Below are positions 1-12,770 of a stretch of DNA of 55,991 nucleotides, one piece after another (the stretch's first letter is position 1; each line of letters starts with the position of its first letter). This DNA comes from Octopus bimaculoides (taxonomy: Eukaryota): NCBI RefSeq assembly GCF_001194135.2, contig NC_068984.1, positions 86,178,265 through 86,234,255 on the forward strand, given 5' to 3'. A program made the position numbers and the translations under genes. The notes below the pieces were generated by a model, which was not told where the DNA came from, did no database searches, and was given only the letters and a program-made list of their open reading frames with translations.

Positions 1-38
<38 letters not shown>

Positions 39-41
39 TAA

Positions 42-1260
42 CTAGTGTACCCGGTAATTCGCAGGGGTAAATGTTCTATTGAAACGCCATATTACTCAGA
101 TATAAGAAAGCAATTTAGTTATAACTGCCACAAAAGGTGTATTTTCCGTCGCGAAAAAGTACAAAAAACTGTCAGCTGGAGGAGGGAGAGATTGTTGGAG
201 GTTGTTGAGAGAAGTTTTCGGAGGCTGCCGGAGAGAGGTTGTCATAGGTTGGCGAGAGAGGTTGTCGGAGGGAGAGGCATCTTTGTTCTAAAATTTCAGT
301 CTTGCAGGACTTCGTGATACACAATGTTTTTGGTTTTGCCGTTGGGTGCATAGATGAATAAAGTTTCCGGATTTCCAACTCTAGAGCATCCGACATAGAG
401 TTGTCTGTGAGAAATGTATGAATGAAGTCTTTAAGGTTTAAGATCCAAGTCAAGGAAGTGCAATAATAATGTTTAGCAGTTCAAAACAGAGTAGGGAAAT
501 GCAGAATTAGGTCAGGTCGGCTGATCGTGAGAATCAAATTTTGATCGCTTCGCTAAAAACTGCAGGTGGTATGGCTTATTTTCCTTGGGTTGTTTAAATA
601 AAATATTAGTAATATGTGTTAGATAGAAGGATCCATTGGAGGGGCGGACCCTATTATCGATTTTTTTTCAACAATCTAAGTATGAATTTTAAGCATTCAA
701 AGTATGAGTTCATTGTAATGGGACACACTTATTAAATACGTTCTGGAATCAAAAATTTATGTACTGTCATCGAAAAATTTTAACTGGAAAAACGCAGAAT
801 TATCGGAGTTATGGGCATTGAAAGCGTACATGAATCAAGAAAGTGCAATAATAAGGTTTAGCAGTTGAGAACTGTGAGTAGTGAAATGCAGAAGTCCGCT
901 GATCGTGAGAATCAAATATTGATCGCTTCGCTAAAAACTAAGAATTCGCTAAAAACTAACAATTCGCTAAAAACTGCAGGTGCTATGGGTTATTTTCCTT
1001 GAGTGTTTAAAAAATATAGTGCAGGTACTATGGGTTATTTCCCTTGGGTGTTTAAAAAATATTAATTATATGAGGTAGATATTAAGATCTCTTCCAGGGG
1101 CCGTATTATCGATTGTTTCAACAGTCTAAGTATGTCACGATATTTCCAGACATTTGATGAAAGTTGACTCACGTGTCAAGTTTCATCAAAATTAATAAAA
1201 CGATGTAGGAGGAGTTAGCTAACAACGTCATAAATAAACACACCGATTTTCCACATATTT
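42..1260 (-). mobile_element. Non-autonomous Helitron-derived element (copy 1), internally duplicated
   Basis: CTAG at 42-45 next to a GC hairpin (cccggtaattcgcagggg), matching the Helitron 3' end on the minus strand. Internal blocks ~455-680 and ~840-1135 are diverged direct duplicates. The distal end (tttcatcaaaat...gtaggaggagttag) is shared with copy 2. Confidence 0.6.
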
Positions 1261-1266
1261 AGTTGA

Positions 1267-2115
1267 CTAGCTGACGTACCCGGCAATTCCCGGGTAAGCA
1301 GGGCATATCCCTTGGTTCTGTTCTCATAATTGTTTCGCTAATCCAGTAACAACAATACCGAACTGTCTTACACAGGATCTTGTTTTTAGGAATTCCCAAT
1401 AAATTATGAATATCTAAATTGTGAAGCCGGTTATGTAATAACATGAAATTCATTACCCGAGAGTAAGAATTCAAATAAAGTAGCCCCGAAAAGAGCTTTA
1501 ATACGTCGCCAGAGTATATAGAACTTAGGAGGAAATACTAATAAGGTATGTATACTAAAATCGTGAATAACAGGCTAATTAGATATGAGATAACAATTTA
1601 AAGTAAATAACTCTGAAAAAAGCTTTTGTCCGTTCGCAGAGAATATTACCCTCAGCGGCGGTAGTGTTGGTATATTCGTGAATAAGTTACTAACCAAAAT
1701 AAGTGGATCTACTGTTTAGGAAAATACTATTTACTTGTTTAAGCGTTGTACTGGATAACTTGCGAAAGTAACTCTAATAATTCAAACACTAAGAAATATG
1801 CATACTCAATTTCATTTGTACGAAATAATTTACGAAGATGAATGGGTTATTTCCCTTGGCTATATATAAGGATCCCTTTCCGGAGCGAATGGGTTATTTC
1901 CCTTGGATGTTTAAAAATAATATATTAGTTATATGTAGTAGATATAAGAATCCATTCCAGGGGCCCTATTATCGATTTTTTCAACAATCTAAGTATTCAC
2001 TAGTTTTCCAGACATGAGTTCTATTCACGTGTGAAGCTTCATCAAAATCGATAAAACGATGTAGGAGGAGTTAGATAACAACTCCACAAACAAACACACC
2101 CACAGATTTCCACAC
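1267..2115 (-). mobile_element. Non-autonomous Helitron-derived element (copy 2), tandem to copy 1
   Basis: CTAG at 1267-1270 plus hairpin cccggcaattcccggg. Shares the atgggttatttcccttgg, tattatcgatt and aaacgatgtaggaggagttag blocks with copy 1 and ends in a (CA)n tract. Confidence 0.6.
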
Positions 2116-2136
2116 ACACACACAGACACAGACACA

Positions 2137-2182
<46 letters not shown>

Positions 2183-2630
2183 NNNNNNNNNNTACATATA
2201 TATACAAGATTTGCTTGTAGGCTAGTTCAAATATGTTTAGTTAATAGTTTAATATGATATTTAAAAGTAATTATGTCTTTAAAAAATGATAATTTCATAG
2301 CTGGAAATAACCAAAATATTTTAAAAAGTAGCAACGTGCAACTCTGAAAAGCAGCAAAATGTTCTACTTGTAGCCAATTGTGGGGCAACCATCTTCTAAC
2401 TGAATCGAGACACTTGGACTGTTTTGTCAAACGAACATTATAGTCTATTGGTTGCTTTCTAAAAATAAATGATACAAACAACATTCAAAATACTAAACAA
2501 GAAAAAAAAATCATACCGCTTGTTTACTTTATTGAAAAGGAAGTGTAAAAATTAAATCTTTGCTAATATATCTGAATTAGCATACTAAATCGATTAATCC
2601 TTAAATATTTCCAACATTACTGCCTTGTTT

Positions 2631-3870
2631 CTAAGTTAGCAAACTGTCTACTGTGTCGATTTTATTTAGTGTTGCTTCAGGCAAATAATAATCTTTGCAA
2701 CATTTATCGTGTTGTTTCAGGCCATATTTTACAGAGAGAATAGCCCCAAGCGTTCGAAGTTGCAACATATTTCTCGATTTTGTTTTGATAATATTCACGC
2801 TAGCGAATAATCTTTCTACTTCAGCATTTGAATTAATACATATTAAGAGGTGAACAGCAAATGCAACATCTCTAAAGGAATTTCCTTCAGTTGCATGCTT
2901 GTAATAACAAAATATTTCAGTAAAAGTTTTTTCAGTCCTAATAGTATTGAATCATTTAAGCAAATGAAATAAATTGAAATATGATATGATTGCTGTATAA
3001 TTATGACTTAGTTAATGGATTTTAAAAGAATAATTAGTTCCTTGTCTCAAAATATTTTCACTGAAAATCATTTAATGCTTTTCATTGGTAATCGCTGTTT
3101 GAACTGTTTGTACAGGTAAAGAACATTTTCAAATTTTTTCCTGAGATTTTTTTTTACTTCAACTGTTATTTTCCTGAGCATTTTTATCTCGAACTCGTAA
3201 CCAAGAATAAGGATTTGATTAAAAAATTCTTCAATATTAGAATTAGGATCAAGAGGGTCTATTTTATTCATTGGCCAATCAACTATAACTGTCATTGCCT
3301 ACGAACATCGTCTGTTTATGTATACCATGGTTTCGTTAATTATTTTTAGAGGTTAATGTAATCACAAGCAGATATAGACAACCTCTTGCACCGCCTGTCC
3401 TTGATTCAGTGGAACATAGATAATGTGACAGCTGAAGAGAGAAAGAGAGAGAGCAGCAGCACCAGCATTCGGCTGGAATTCATTTTAATTGAATAGATTG
3501 GAGCTACGTCAAATGCTTTATTAAAAGACACAACGCGAAGACTGTAGCGATACAAGGATATTTATAATAGATTTTATCAAATGGGAAAGCTCTGTAAATA
3601 TCTTAGTTTTATCCACTGTGTTTGACTCAAAAACTTTATTAGTATCGTCTTGAAAGTGCTTCAAATCTAAACATACTTTTTTTTTTTTGTAAGTAAAGCA
3701 TATTTTAAAAATCACATTGCATTTCCAAGAGGAGCTGAGCTGTAAAACGAATTTTGTGTTCATAATTTTATAGTGAGCTTGTATTTCAAGCCACAAGTTT
3801 TTAAGTTCCCTCCGCAACAAATTCAGTAGGTATGCATTTAGATGTGCAATCATTTAAACTCTCCTGTAAA
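2631..3870 (-). pseudogene. Degenerate hAT-superfamily transposase
   Basis: Manual translation of 2930-2631 gives ...INSNAEVERLFASVNIIKTKSRNMLQLRTLGAILSVKYGLKQHDKCCKDYYLP..., resembling the hAT C-terminal dimerisation motif (SNAxxERxFSxxNxIKTKxRN). ORFs 3068-3295 and 3521-3853 are collinear, frameshifted upstream parts. No TIRs were located. Confidence 0.7.
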
Positions 3871-3984
3871 AGTTAATAAACAAATACTCTGCTAAAAATT
3901 ATTGAGTAAGCCTTCAGTTTGAAATTTATTTTTATCTTCACACGAAAAAAAAAACAACAAAAAAAAATATATACCACGACCTTT

Positions 3985-4800
3985 TACTTATTCGGTAACT
4001 TCATGGACATTCAGCTGATTTTCCTGGGGTACAGCACACGCGTTTACAGTGTAAACGTCGTCTGTTGTTGGGTAAGGGATTTGGGATAGTCTTCAATGAA
4101 TATTCTTACTGGTTGGAAACGCCAACACAACCAAGCCCGTCGCCAGACTTTGTTGCCTTGGGGTGCTTCAGAATATTCTGGGTATGCACTAATTTGTACT
4201 GTGGTAAGATTATTGTAAACTGTATTTACTAAATCTGAGGGAGCACCATTGAATAGAGAGGGGTCAGTGCCGTCCAGTGTCCATCCCCGTGAAACAATTC
4301 TACCAATAGTACTAATGTCTCCGTGTGCGTGTATAATGCTGGACACCGGGATCACTTATATTACCGAAAATGCTAGACTTTTATTAGGAGTTGGTAAGAG
4401 AGCTAAGGAAATGGAATAATGAATAAAAGGTTGTATTAATGTTATTTAACTTTATCGTGTTGTATATGTAGTGTGGTATGTAGTTTCGCATCTGATGTAC
4501 TAAATGCACGTACGTGTGTTTACAGTAATGTGACGATTTTCTTTAGTGTACAAAACTTGCAATCCTTTGCAAAACTTTTTAATGTTAACGTTCTTCTGCA
4601 ATTGTTGTAAGATGTAATCACTGATGTTAATGTCAGTTTATTAAAAACAAAATTCGTTCCATGCTACAGTGACGACATTTAAGTTGACGATAACGAGATT
4701 AGAACTGATGACAATATAATCAAGACTAACTATTACAAAACTGAGTTTGATAAAGGCGAATTTGAGATGGACGTTGATGAGGTAAATAATGTCGAATTTT
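3985..4800. other. Unclassified complex-sequence island with broken ORFs
   Basis: Higher complexity than its flanks, with a 103-aa minus ORF (4044-4355) and an acidic plus-frame stretch DDNEIRTDDNIIKTNYYKTEFDKGEFEMDVDE (~4686-4781). No motif recognised. Confidence 0.25.
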
Positions 4801-4810
4801 GAGTGGAGAA

Positions 4811-4855
<45 letters not shown>

Positions 4856-5409
4856 CACACACAAAGACACAAGCACTCATACACCACACAAGGATTTCTC
4901 ATAACACATGCGCATACACACAAACACATATAATGATTAAAAGTGCTAAGAACTTTTTTTTGATGACCGAATTTTCCTACTAAACGCTAGATTCAAAATA
5001 TTCCTGCTAATTAGCCTTGAAAAAATGCTAGGTCTGCCATTAACATTGCTAAATTGCCATCACTGCTTCACACTACACATAATAATTTCACTTTTCCTTC
5101 GACACGCAATTTACTTTTTATATATTATTTATTTTTTACATTTACTCTACATTCATCTATAACACCCACACAGCCTCTGTGGTCGTTCAACTTGTTACGA
5201 ATAGCAACACAATCTCTCTAACAATTCTTTAAGACTAAGTTGTTTCTTTTCCACCTCCATTTTGAACATTTCCTGAAACAATCTCTGATATGAACTTGCA
5301 CCTGCACACAAGAAATAGGTTAGACTAAGAATTTACTAGGAATCCAAGCACGACATTTTATAAAAACTACCATCTCGAATGTTAAACATAATCCTATAAT
5401 CTTTTAACT

Positions 5410-5787
5410 TTTGCTTGTTTCAGTCATTAGACTGCGGCCATGCTGGGGCACCGCCTTGAAGACCTTTTAGTCGTACGAATCGACCCCAGTGCATTTTTGT
5501 TTTTTTAAGCCTGTCACTTATTCTTTCCATTTCCTTTGCCGAACTAAGTTACGGGAACGTAAATACATCAACATCAGTTGTCAAGCGGTGGGGAGAGGCG
5601 ATCACAGACAGAAAGCCATTACACACACACACACACACACACACACGACGAGCTTCTTTCAGTTTCCACTTACAAGATTTTGGTCGGCCCGAGGCTATAG
5701 TAAGAGACACTTGCCCTAGGTGCCCCGCAGTGAAACTGAACACTATATGGTTGAGAAAAAAGCTTCTTACCACACAGCCATGCCCGC
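5410..5787 (-). mobile_element. tRNA-derived SINE, family A
   Basis: Reverse complement of the complete copy at 6985-7365 (head ggctgtgtggtaag...ttcagt, core cttgggcaagtgtcttctactatagcc, internal (CA)n, tail atggccgcagtc..atgactgaaac). Confidence 0.85.
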
Positions 5788-6574
5788 GTCTAATGTTTAG
5801 AATCCTAAATCATATATCAATCTTAACCGCCGATATTTGATTGAATTCTTCTGTCTGCAAGTTTCCTTTCTGCTTTTTATCCTTTCCTACCTATTTTCCG
5901 TTAAATTTCGTAACTTCTTTGCTTGTAGCTATAGTATGTCGTACCAACTTAAAGCAAACGTGTAAAGCAGAATAGATTTCGGTGACATGCGAAAATATAC
6001 CTGTACCCTTATTCTTTACTTTCCACGATTAGAAGGTGTAAAATATTTCTTCCTTTTCATATTTTGTTTTTCCCATTCAAGCATTATTTTTTATCACGAA
6101 GAAACTGTTTTGGTAATGGTTATAAATTTTATAAACCATATCTTAAAATTCATTTTAATCATATAATTTCCTGAAATATCAGTTCGTTTTAGTTTACCAA
6201 ATGACAAGCGCAAATGCCTTTGGCATTTTCCTCTTACTGTTTTATAATAATAACTTCTATTTTTTTTTTCACGTTTGCCCTTCTCCTTATATGAACCCAA
6301 ATTAATGTCATAGATTTCTTTTTATTCAACACATTTCTCTACGTTTTCGAAACGCTTTAATTTCGTATCGATATAATTCTTTACACAGTTCAGGTTTAGT
6401 TAATTCATTTAAAAGTTTTGTTTTTTAACTCTTTAAAGCAACATATGAAGTCGGTGGACTTGAAATAGTCACCCCCACACACACACGCACAATGAAAATC
6501 ATAATTTAGCAAGCAGTTAGTCAGAAAAATACTGCATTTCATTTAAGACATATAAATAACAAAGTATGATTGTG

Positions 6575-6720
6575 TGTTTAAGAAGATCGCTTTGCAACCC
6601 TGTGATTTCGGATTAAGTCCCACTGCGCGGAAACTCTGGGCAAGTGTCTTCTACTATATCACCGGCTGACCAATGCCTTGTGAGTGAATTTGGAAGACGG
6701 AAACTGTGTTGAAGCCCGTC

Positions 6721-6802
<82 letters not shown>

Positions 6803-6958
6803 TTGTCCCTCACCACTAAATAGCCGTTGTTGATTTTTTGCATCCACGTATCATAGCAGTTCGTCAAGAGTACAACAGAGAAAGTATAAAACTTTTTTAA
6901 AAAGTCCTGCAAGGCGGTGCCACAGCATGGTCGCAATCCAGTGAAACAAATAAAAGAT
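6575..6958 (+). mobile_element. tRNA-derived SINE, family A (diverged)
   Basis: Contains gggcaagtgtcttctactata...gccttgtgagtgaatttgg, an expanded internal (TA)n(TG)n, and the tail gcatggtcgcaatc. Confidence 0.8.
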
Positions 6959-6984
6959 ATTTTAAGTCATGTTACCTGTTAGTA

Positions 6985-7365
6985 CATGAGTGGCTGTGTG
7001 GTAAGTAGCTTGCTTACCAACCACATGGTTCCGGGTTCAGTCCCACTACATGTCACCTTGGGCAAGTGTCTTCTACTATAGCCTCGGGCCGACCAAAGCC
7101 TTGTGAGTGGATTTGGTAAACGAAAACTGAAAGGAGCCCGTCGAATATATGTATATGTATATATATATATGTGTTTGTCTCCCAACATCGCTTGACAATC
7201 GATGCTGGTGTGTTTACGTCCCCATAACTTAGCGGTTCGGCAAAACAGACCGATAGAATAAGTATTAGGCTTAGAAAGAATAAGTCCAGGGGTCGATTTA
7301 CTCGATTAAAGGTGGTACTCCAGCATGGCCGCAGTCAAATGACTGAAACTAATAAAAGAGTAACA
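6985..7365 (+). mobile_element. tRNA-derived SINE, family A (complete)
   Basis: Pol III A-box-like tggctgtgtggtaag and B-box-like gggttcagtccc, followed by the conserved core and 3' tail seen in many other copies in the window. Confidence 0.9.
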
Positions 7366-7940
7366 GAATATATATATATATATATGGCTTAAAACAATGA
7401 ATCAAAAAGTCACTCATTTATGGAAATTCCCTAATGACTTTTCCTTGTACTTTTTTTTCCAGTGACTTTCTCTGTACTCATGATGTCTATTGTTATTCAA
7501 TTTCTTTCTATGTAACAACGTAAAAGTAGAACTGAAAAGAGCTTCCTGCAAGTGGATAGAGGTCGTGGCCAGCAGCAATGGCAGCAATAAACATACAGGA
7601 AATAAATTTGGAGAGGGTCACTCACTATAATAGGAACTGTGACTGCAGTAACAGCAAGAGTCGAAAAAATGACTGTGGCACAGGCTTCCAGCGAACCTTC
7701 ACTTCTAATCCGAGAGATAAATACTTCCTTTCAGGCATTGTTTTGAAACATCTATTAAGAAATGTCGAAACCGGTTTTCGTTTGAACAGCGAGTACAGTT
7801 TATTTTGAGACGAGCTGTATACCGACTGCTCAACAATAGGCCGAGGAAATAAAACTGAAAGTGGGATTATAGAGATATAGAATAGAAGCATTGTAATCAA
7901 ACTATTTGGTATTTTGTTTTGTCACAATGTTTTCTACTCT

Positions 7941-8141
7941 AAGCAAAAGGCCCGGAATTTTTGGGGACGGGGCCAGTCGATTAGATCGACCTCAGTACGT
8001 AACTGGTACATAATTTATAGGCTCCGAAAGTATGAAAGGCTAAGTCGACCTCGGTAGAATTTGAACTCAGAACGTAAAGGCAGAAGAAGTACTGCTAAGC
8101 ATTTCGCCCGGCGTGCTAACGTTTCTGCTAGCTCGCCGCCT
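7941..8141 (-). mobile_element. tRNA-derived SINE, family B
   Basis: Reverse complement begins aggcggcgagctagcagaaacgttagcacgccgggcgaaatgcttagc and contains gttctgagttcaaattc and cgactagtcgactggcccc-like motifs. Recurs at 18821, 19047, 19360, 23265, 29104 and 55733. Confidence 0.85.
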
Positions 8142-8357
8142 CCTGTTTTGTCACATATTACAAATATATTTCTATTATCGTATAAAAATTACCCCTCATA
8201 TACGTGCAAGACGATAAGAATTTTAACGATAAAAGAAGTGTAAAGGTTATATATATACAAGCCAGTAAACTGATGTCCTACGAAACCGGGTGTCTCATAA
8301 AGAATATACTTGATAAACATATATAGCTGTCTGACTTCCCACTCACCTTTTCTATGC

Positions 8358-8421
<64 letters not shown>

Positions 8422-8800
8422 GTACATATATATATATATAGTTATATGCTATGCATGTGAAGCCATCTGTGTATGTGCATCTGAGCACACATATGTGTAC
8501 GTGTAGCTATGTTTTTGTATCCATGTATATCTGCATATGGTAATGTGTACATGCATAGGCATGTATATTGGAATTTTTATAACTATTTATAGGGTTTATA
8601 TACTTTTTGTAGGCATTTTTATGTGCCTTATATTTTTATATTTTTAGAAAGTTAAAGAAGTGATTTTAAATTCTCAATCGCAGAATAATGCTAATAATAT
8701 AGCCTGAACAGGATAAACTACCCCTATTTTGCAGAGAAAAGTGTAGGTGGCTAGCTGTGGACATTTTTATTTTTTATTTTATATTTGTATTGAACTTTGT

Positions 8801-8936
8801 AAATCTCTGAAGAGGCCTAGCGAATCATGCATGTACTCCCATTACATCGTTTTCATCTATTAATTACTCCAGCGTACGGGAGCTATAAAGATAGAATGGG
8901 GCATGCCAACGCTATGCCGAAACAGCTGTAAGATTT
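8801..8936 (+). ncRNA. Minimal type I hammerhead ribozyme with intact core and enlarged stem II
   Basis: Stem I aaatct (8801-06) / agattt (8931-36). Core CTGAAGA 8807-13. Stem II ggcctagcg (8814-22) / cgctatgcc (8910-18), 8 of 9 pairs. GAAA 8919-22. Palindromic short stem III cagctg, with a GUA cleavage triplet ending at 8930. Matches the PLE-associated minimal hammerhead consensus. Confidence 0.8.
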
Positions 8937-9123
8937 TGTCCCTTCTCCAATTGCTAAATGTCCTTTAAATTTGGAATCCCAATTGTTGATATGACATGGT
9001 ATGACATAAGTAACTGCATATTGTGGTTTTTGTCAATTCAGTTATAAAATAAACAGATTAATCAACGGAATACAGTGTCTGCAAGTTGATGAGCGCCTCA
9101 TATTTCCCTCTATTTTCTTAATG

Positions 9124-9216
<93 letters not shown>

Positions 9217-9229
9217 GATATGTATAGAT

Positions 9230-9530
9230 GTAGAAAAAACAGAGAAACGAAACATGCGACATAAATAATATTTTCCTTCTTCAGTTGTCCCTGTCCATCT
9301 ACTCCGCTTTTCGAAGACAAGGACAATACGCGACTTCGTTGGAAAAGTCCTTCTCGCAAAGCAAATTAAATAAAATTTGGAATTTTTTGCGGAGGGTGAA
9401 AGTGTTAACAAGAACAGGACAGTAAAAGATAGTAAAAACGGGACAAGACAGTAAAAACAAGACAGTGGAAACAAACGGTAAGGGCTGTTACGCAAAGACG
9501 ATAGAAAACTTACTATTTTGAACGCTAGTT
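9230..9530 (-). repeat. Unclassified dispersed repeat family C (possible PLE terminal repeat)
   Basis: Homologous to 24760-25175 (+): both share cagccctt..gtttgttt.cactgtc, accctccgcaaaa..ccaaattttatttaatttgctttgc and acaactga(t/a)gaag. Confidence 0.55.
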
Positions 9531-10638
9531 AGATGTGAATGAGAGACAAAAAAAATCACATCTTCTCTATAGGAAGGCAGGAAGTAGAAAGAAAGAATCC
9601 CTTTCATCACGTGTCAGCGATGAGAGGGTCAAGGAGGAAAAGTGAGAGAGAGAGGGAGAGAGGGGGGAACGGTGAAAGGAAGAGAAGAATAGGGAAAGAG
9701 TGGGGGAGAAAAACAGAAAAGATGAAGAACAAGAGAGGGAGAGAGATAGACAGAGAAGTGATAGTAATAGTAGTAGAGTGCGCAAAGTAATTATTAAGAT
9801 AAAACTTACTTGGAAAAGGGTGCGTGGTGTTCGATCATATAATAATATAAATAATATATAAATATATGCATGTATCCATACATATATGTACATACCTACA
9901 TCTATATGTATACATACATACATGGGTACAGGACATCACAAAAACGTTAAACAACAATGAGAAACGAAAACATAAAGACGAAGACAGAAAACGATATGTT
10001 TTATATATAGTCAAAATAAGCAACAAGGATATCCATATATGTGTGTGTGTTTGTGTGTGTGTGTGTGCAAGTGTGTGTGCAAGTGTGTGTGTATGTATGC
10101 ATATATGTTTATATATGTATGTATATGTATGTATGCATATATATGTATATAAGTAAGTCCATACTACCAAACAAACATCATTTTTATTGAACTCCTAATA
10201 CTTTTTGTCGAATACTTTCATAAATACTTTCTTGTTAATTGTTTTTAACATTTTATTATTATTATTATCAAAGAATGTATATATGTATTTTAATATTTTT
10301 GTGACAACCAGTACTTAACACAACAAAGCTTATACAAAGCTTTAGATTTTAGTTTTGACAATCTTTTTCTAAAAAAGTGAAACCGGTTAGGTGAATAAAC
10401 ATATATACATATACATCTATGGATATATAGCTACATATNNNNNNNNNNNNNNNNNNNNNNNNNNNNNNNNNNNNNNNNNNNNNNNNNNNNNNNNNNNNNN
10501 NNNNNNNNNNNNNNNNNNNNNNNNNNNNNNNNNNNNNNNNNNNNNNNNNNNNNNNNNNNNNNNNNNNNNNNNNNNNNNNNNNNNNNNNNNNNNNNNNNNN
10601 NNNNNNNNNNNNNNNNNNNNNNNNNNNNNNNNNNNNNN

Positions 10639-10673
<35 letters not shown>

Positions 10674-10759
10674 TCCATCCATCCATACATATATATATGT
10701 ATACATATGCATATATATAAAACTGAGAATGTGTGTATGTGTGCGCGCATCACTAAAAC

Positions 10760-11065
10760 TCACAGAGGAAATTCCAAAGCAAGGTTCAACAAACACACCT
10801 TAAGCTTTAGACACTGGAGTAAACGATAGACTACCAAATTATCCAGTTATATATGGTTCTTAAAAGAACAAGGTGTCAGCTTTAGGATTTACTGGAAAAT
10901 CATAGCCAAGTATAAACCTTATACCAACGGTAGTGACAAGTGCGGTCTTTGTAATATGGAGATATGACTCATCTGGAAAAGCTTCTTGGACCCTGCTACA
11001 TGTCTAAATTCAAGAACTGAACGTTTTGGATCATGTCCACATTTGACAAAATACCTGTTACGGTT
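10760..11065 (+). mobile_element. Penelope-like element, GIY-YIG endonuclease 3' fragment
   Basis: Translates with stops to KARFNKHTLSFRHWSKR*TTKLSSYIWFLKEQGVSFRIYWKIIAKYKPYTNGSDKCGLCNME...LNSRTERFGSCPHLTKYLL, the typical PLE endonuclease C-terminus including CxLC and C-x-H. Confidence 0.8.
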
Positions 11066-11274
11066 TTGGGCCTCCCAAGATCAGGGCTAGAATCCACATT
11101 TTTACTATGTTCCTGCACAAGCTTCCCATATGTCTTAATTTCTTTTAATTTATTTTTTATATATATTTTTTCTTTTTTTCTCTTCTTAATTGTGTGAATG
11201 TGTACGTGTGTGATTATATGTATATGTATGTATACATTTCATATGTATATGTGTGTGCGTGTGTATATATTCTG

Positions 11275-11535
11275 ATTATATATCTGTGCACACGTTTGAA
11301 TGTAGTGTGTGCCCGAGGGTTTGCAAATCCAATGGGAGTCTTAAAAGACATGTTAGGATCCACAATGAGCAGAACTTACGTGCAGGTATTGGTAGTGCAA
11401 ATCAGAGGTGCAATCTGTGTGGGTGTTTTTTCAAAACACTGTCTGGTTTAAAAAGCCACATCAGACGCCATGAAAGGGCTAAGGTGTAGGTGCAGGAGGT
11501 GGTCAAACTCTGTGTAAGGAGTAGACAGCCACCAT
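11275..11535 (+). mobile_element. 5'-truncated 3' end of an RTE-clade LINE carrying two C2H2 zinc fingers
   Basis: FECSVCPRVCKSNGSLKRHVRIH and RCNLCGCFFKTLSGLKSHIRRH. Collinear DNA homology, including the 3' UTR ...agtagacagccaccatatata, with the 3' end of the RTE at 43346-45450. Confidence 0.8.
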
Positions 11536-11900
11536 ATATATGAGTGTAAGACTGTGTTTGGTGCATGAGTGCGACTTTCATGCACACGTCCCTATCATTT
11601 ATACGGATATGCATATGTTTGTATTTGTGCGGATGTAGGTGCATGATAGAGGACGTATATGTATATATATATATATATATATACATATATTTATATGTAT
11701 AAATGTCTAAGTATATATGTATTAAGTTATGTGTATGCATACAAACACCTATGTGTATATGAGGATGAAGATGCGTACGCATATACATATACATATATAC
11801 ATGTGTGCGTATGTGTGTAGATATGTGTGTTTGTATGAGTACGTACATGCTTACATATGCTTGTGCTTATATGTGCGCGTATGTATACATGTTTGTGCGA

Positions 11901-11956
<56 letters not shown>

Positions 11957-12736
11957 NNNNNNNNNNNNNNNNNNNNNNNNNNNNNNNNNNNNNNNNNNNN
12001 NNNNNNNNNNNNNNNNNNNNNNNNNNNNNNNNNNNNNNNNNNNNNNNNNNNNNNNNNNNNNNNNNNNNNNNNNNNNNNNNNNNNNNNNNNNNNNNNNNNN
12101 NNNNNNNNNNNNNNNNNNNNNNNNNNNNNNNNNNNNNNNNNNNNNNNNNNNNNNNNNNNNNNNNNNNNNNNNNNNNNNNNNNNNNNNNNNNNNNNNNNNN
12201 NNNNNNNNNNNNNNNNNNNNNNNNNNNNNNNNNNNNNNNNNNNNNNNNNNNNNNNNNNNNNNNNNNNNNNNNNNNNNNNNNNNNNNNNNNNNNNNNNNNN
12301 NNNNNNNNNNNNNNNNNNNNNNNNNNNNNNNNNNNNNNNNNNNNNNNNNNNNNNNNNNNNNNNNNNNNNNNNNNNNNNNNNNNNNNNNNNNNNNNNNNNN
12401 NNNNNNNNNNNNNNNNNNNNNNNNNNNNNNNNNNNNNNNNNNNNNNNNNNNNNNNNNNNNNNNNNNNNNNNNNNNNNNNNNNNNNNNNNNNNNNNNNNNN
12501 NNNNNNNNNNNNNNNNNNNNNNNNNNNNNNNNNNNNNNNNNNNNNNNNNNNNNNNNNNNNNNNNNNNNNNNNNNNNNNNNNNNNNNNNNNNNNNNNNNNN
12601 NNNNNNNNNNNNNNNNNNNNNNNNNNNNNNNNNNNNNNNNNNNNNNNNNNNNNNNNNNNNNNNNNNNNNNNNNNNNNNNNNNNNNNNNNNNNNNNNNNNN
12701 NNNNNNNNNNNNNNNNNNNNNNNNNNNNNNNNNNNN

Positions 12737-12770
<34 letters not shown>

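Noticed and set aside
6985-7070. tRNA genes at SINE heads
   Set aside because: They have A/B-box similarity but no complete cloverleaf and continue into multi-copy SINE bodies.
7578-7900. Overlapping ORFs on both strands
   Set aside because: No recognisable motif, and no consistent splice or start context.
11253-11489. Stand-alone host C2H2 zinc-finger gene
   Set aside because: It is collinear with the RTE 3' end at 43346-43760, including the UTR and tail, so it is treated as a LINE fragment.
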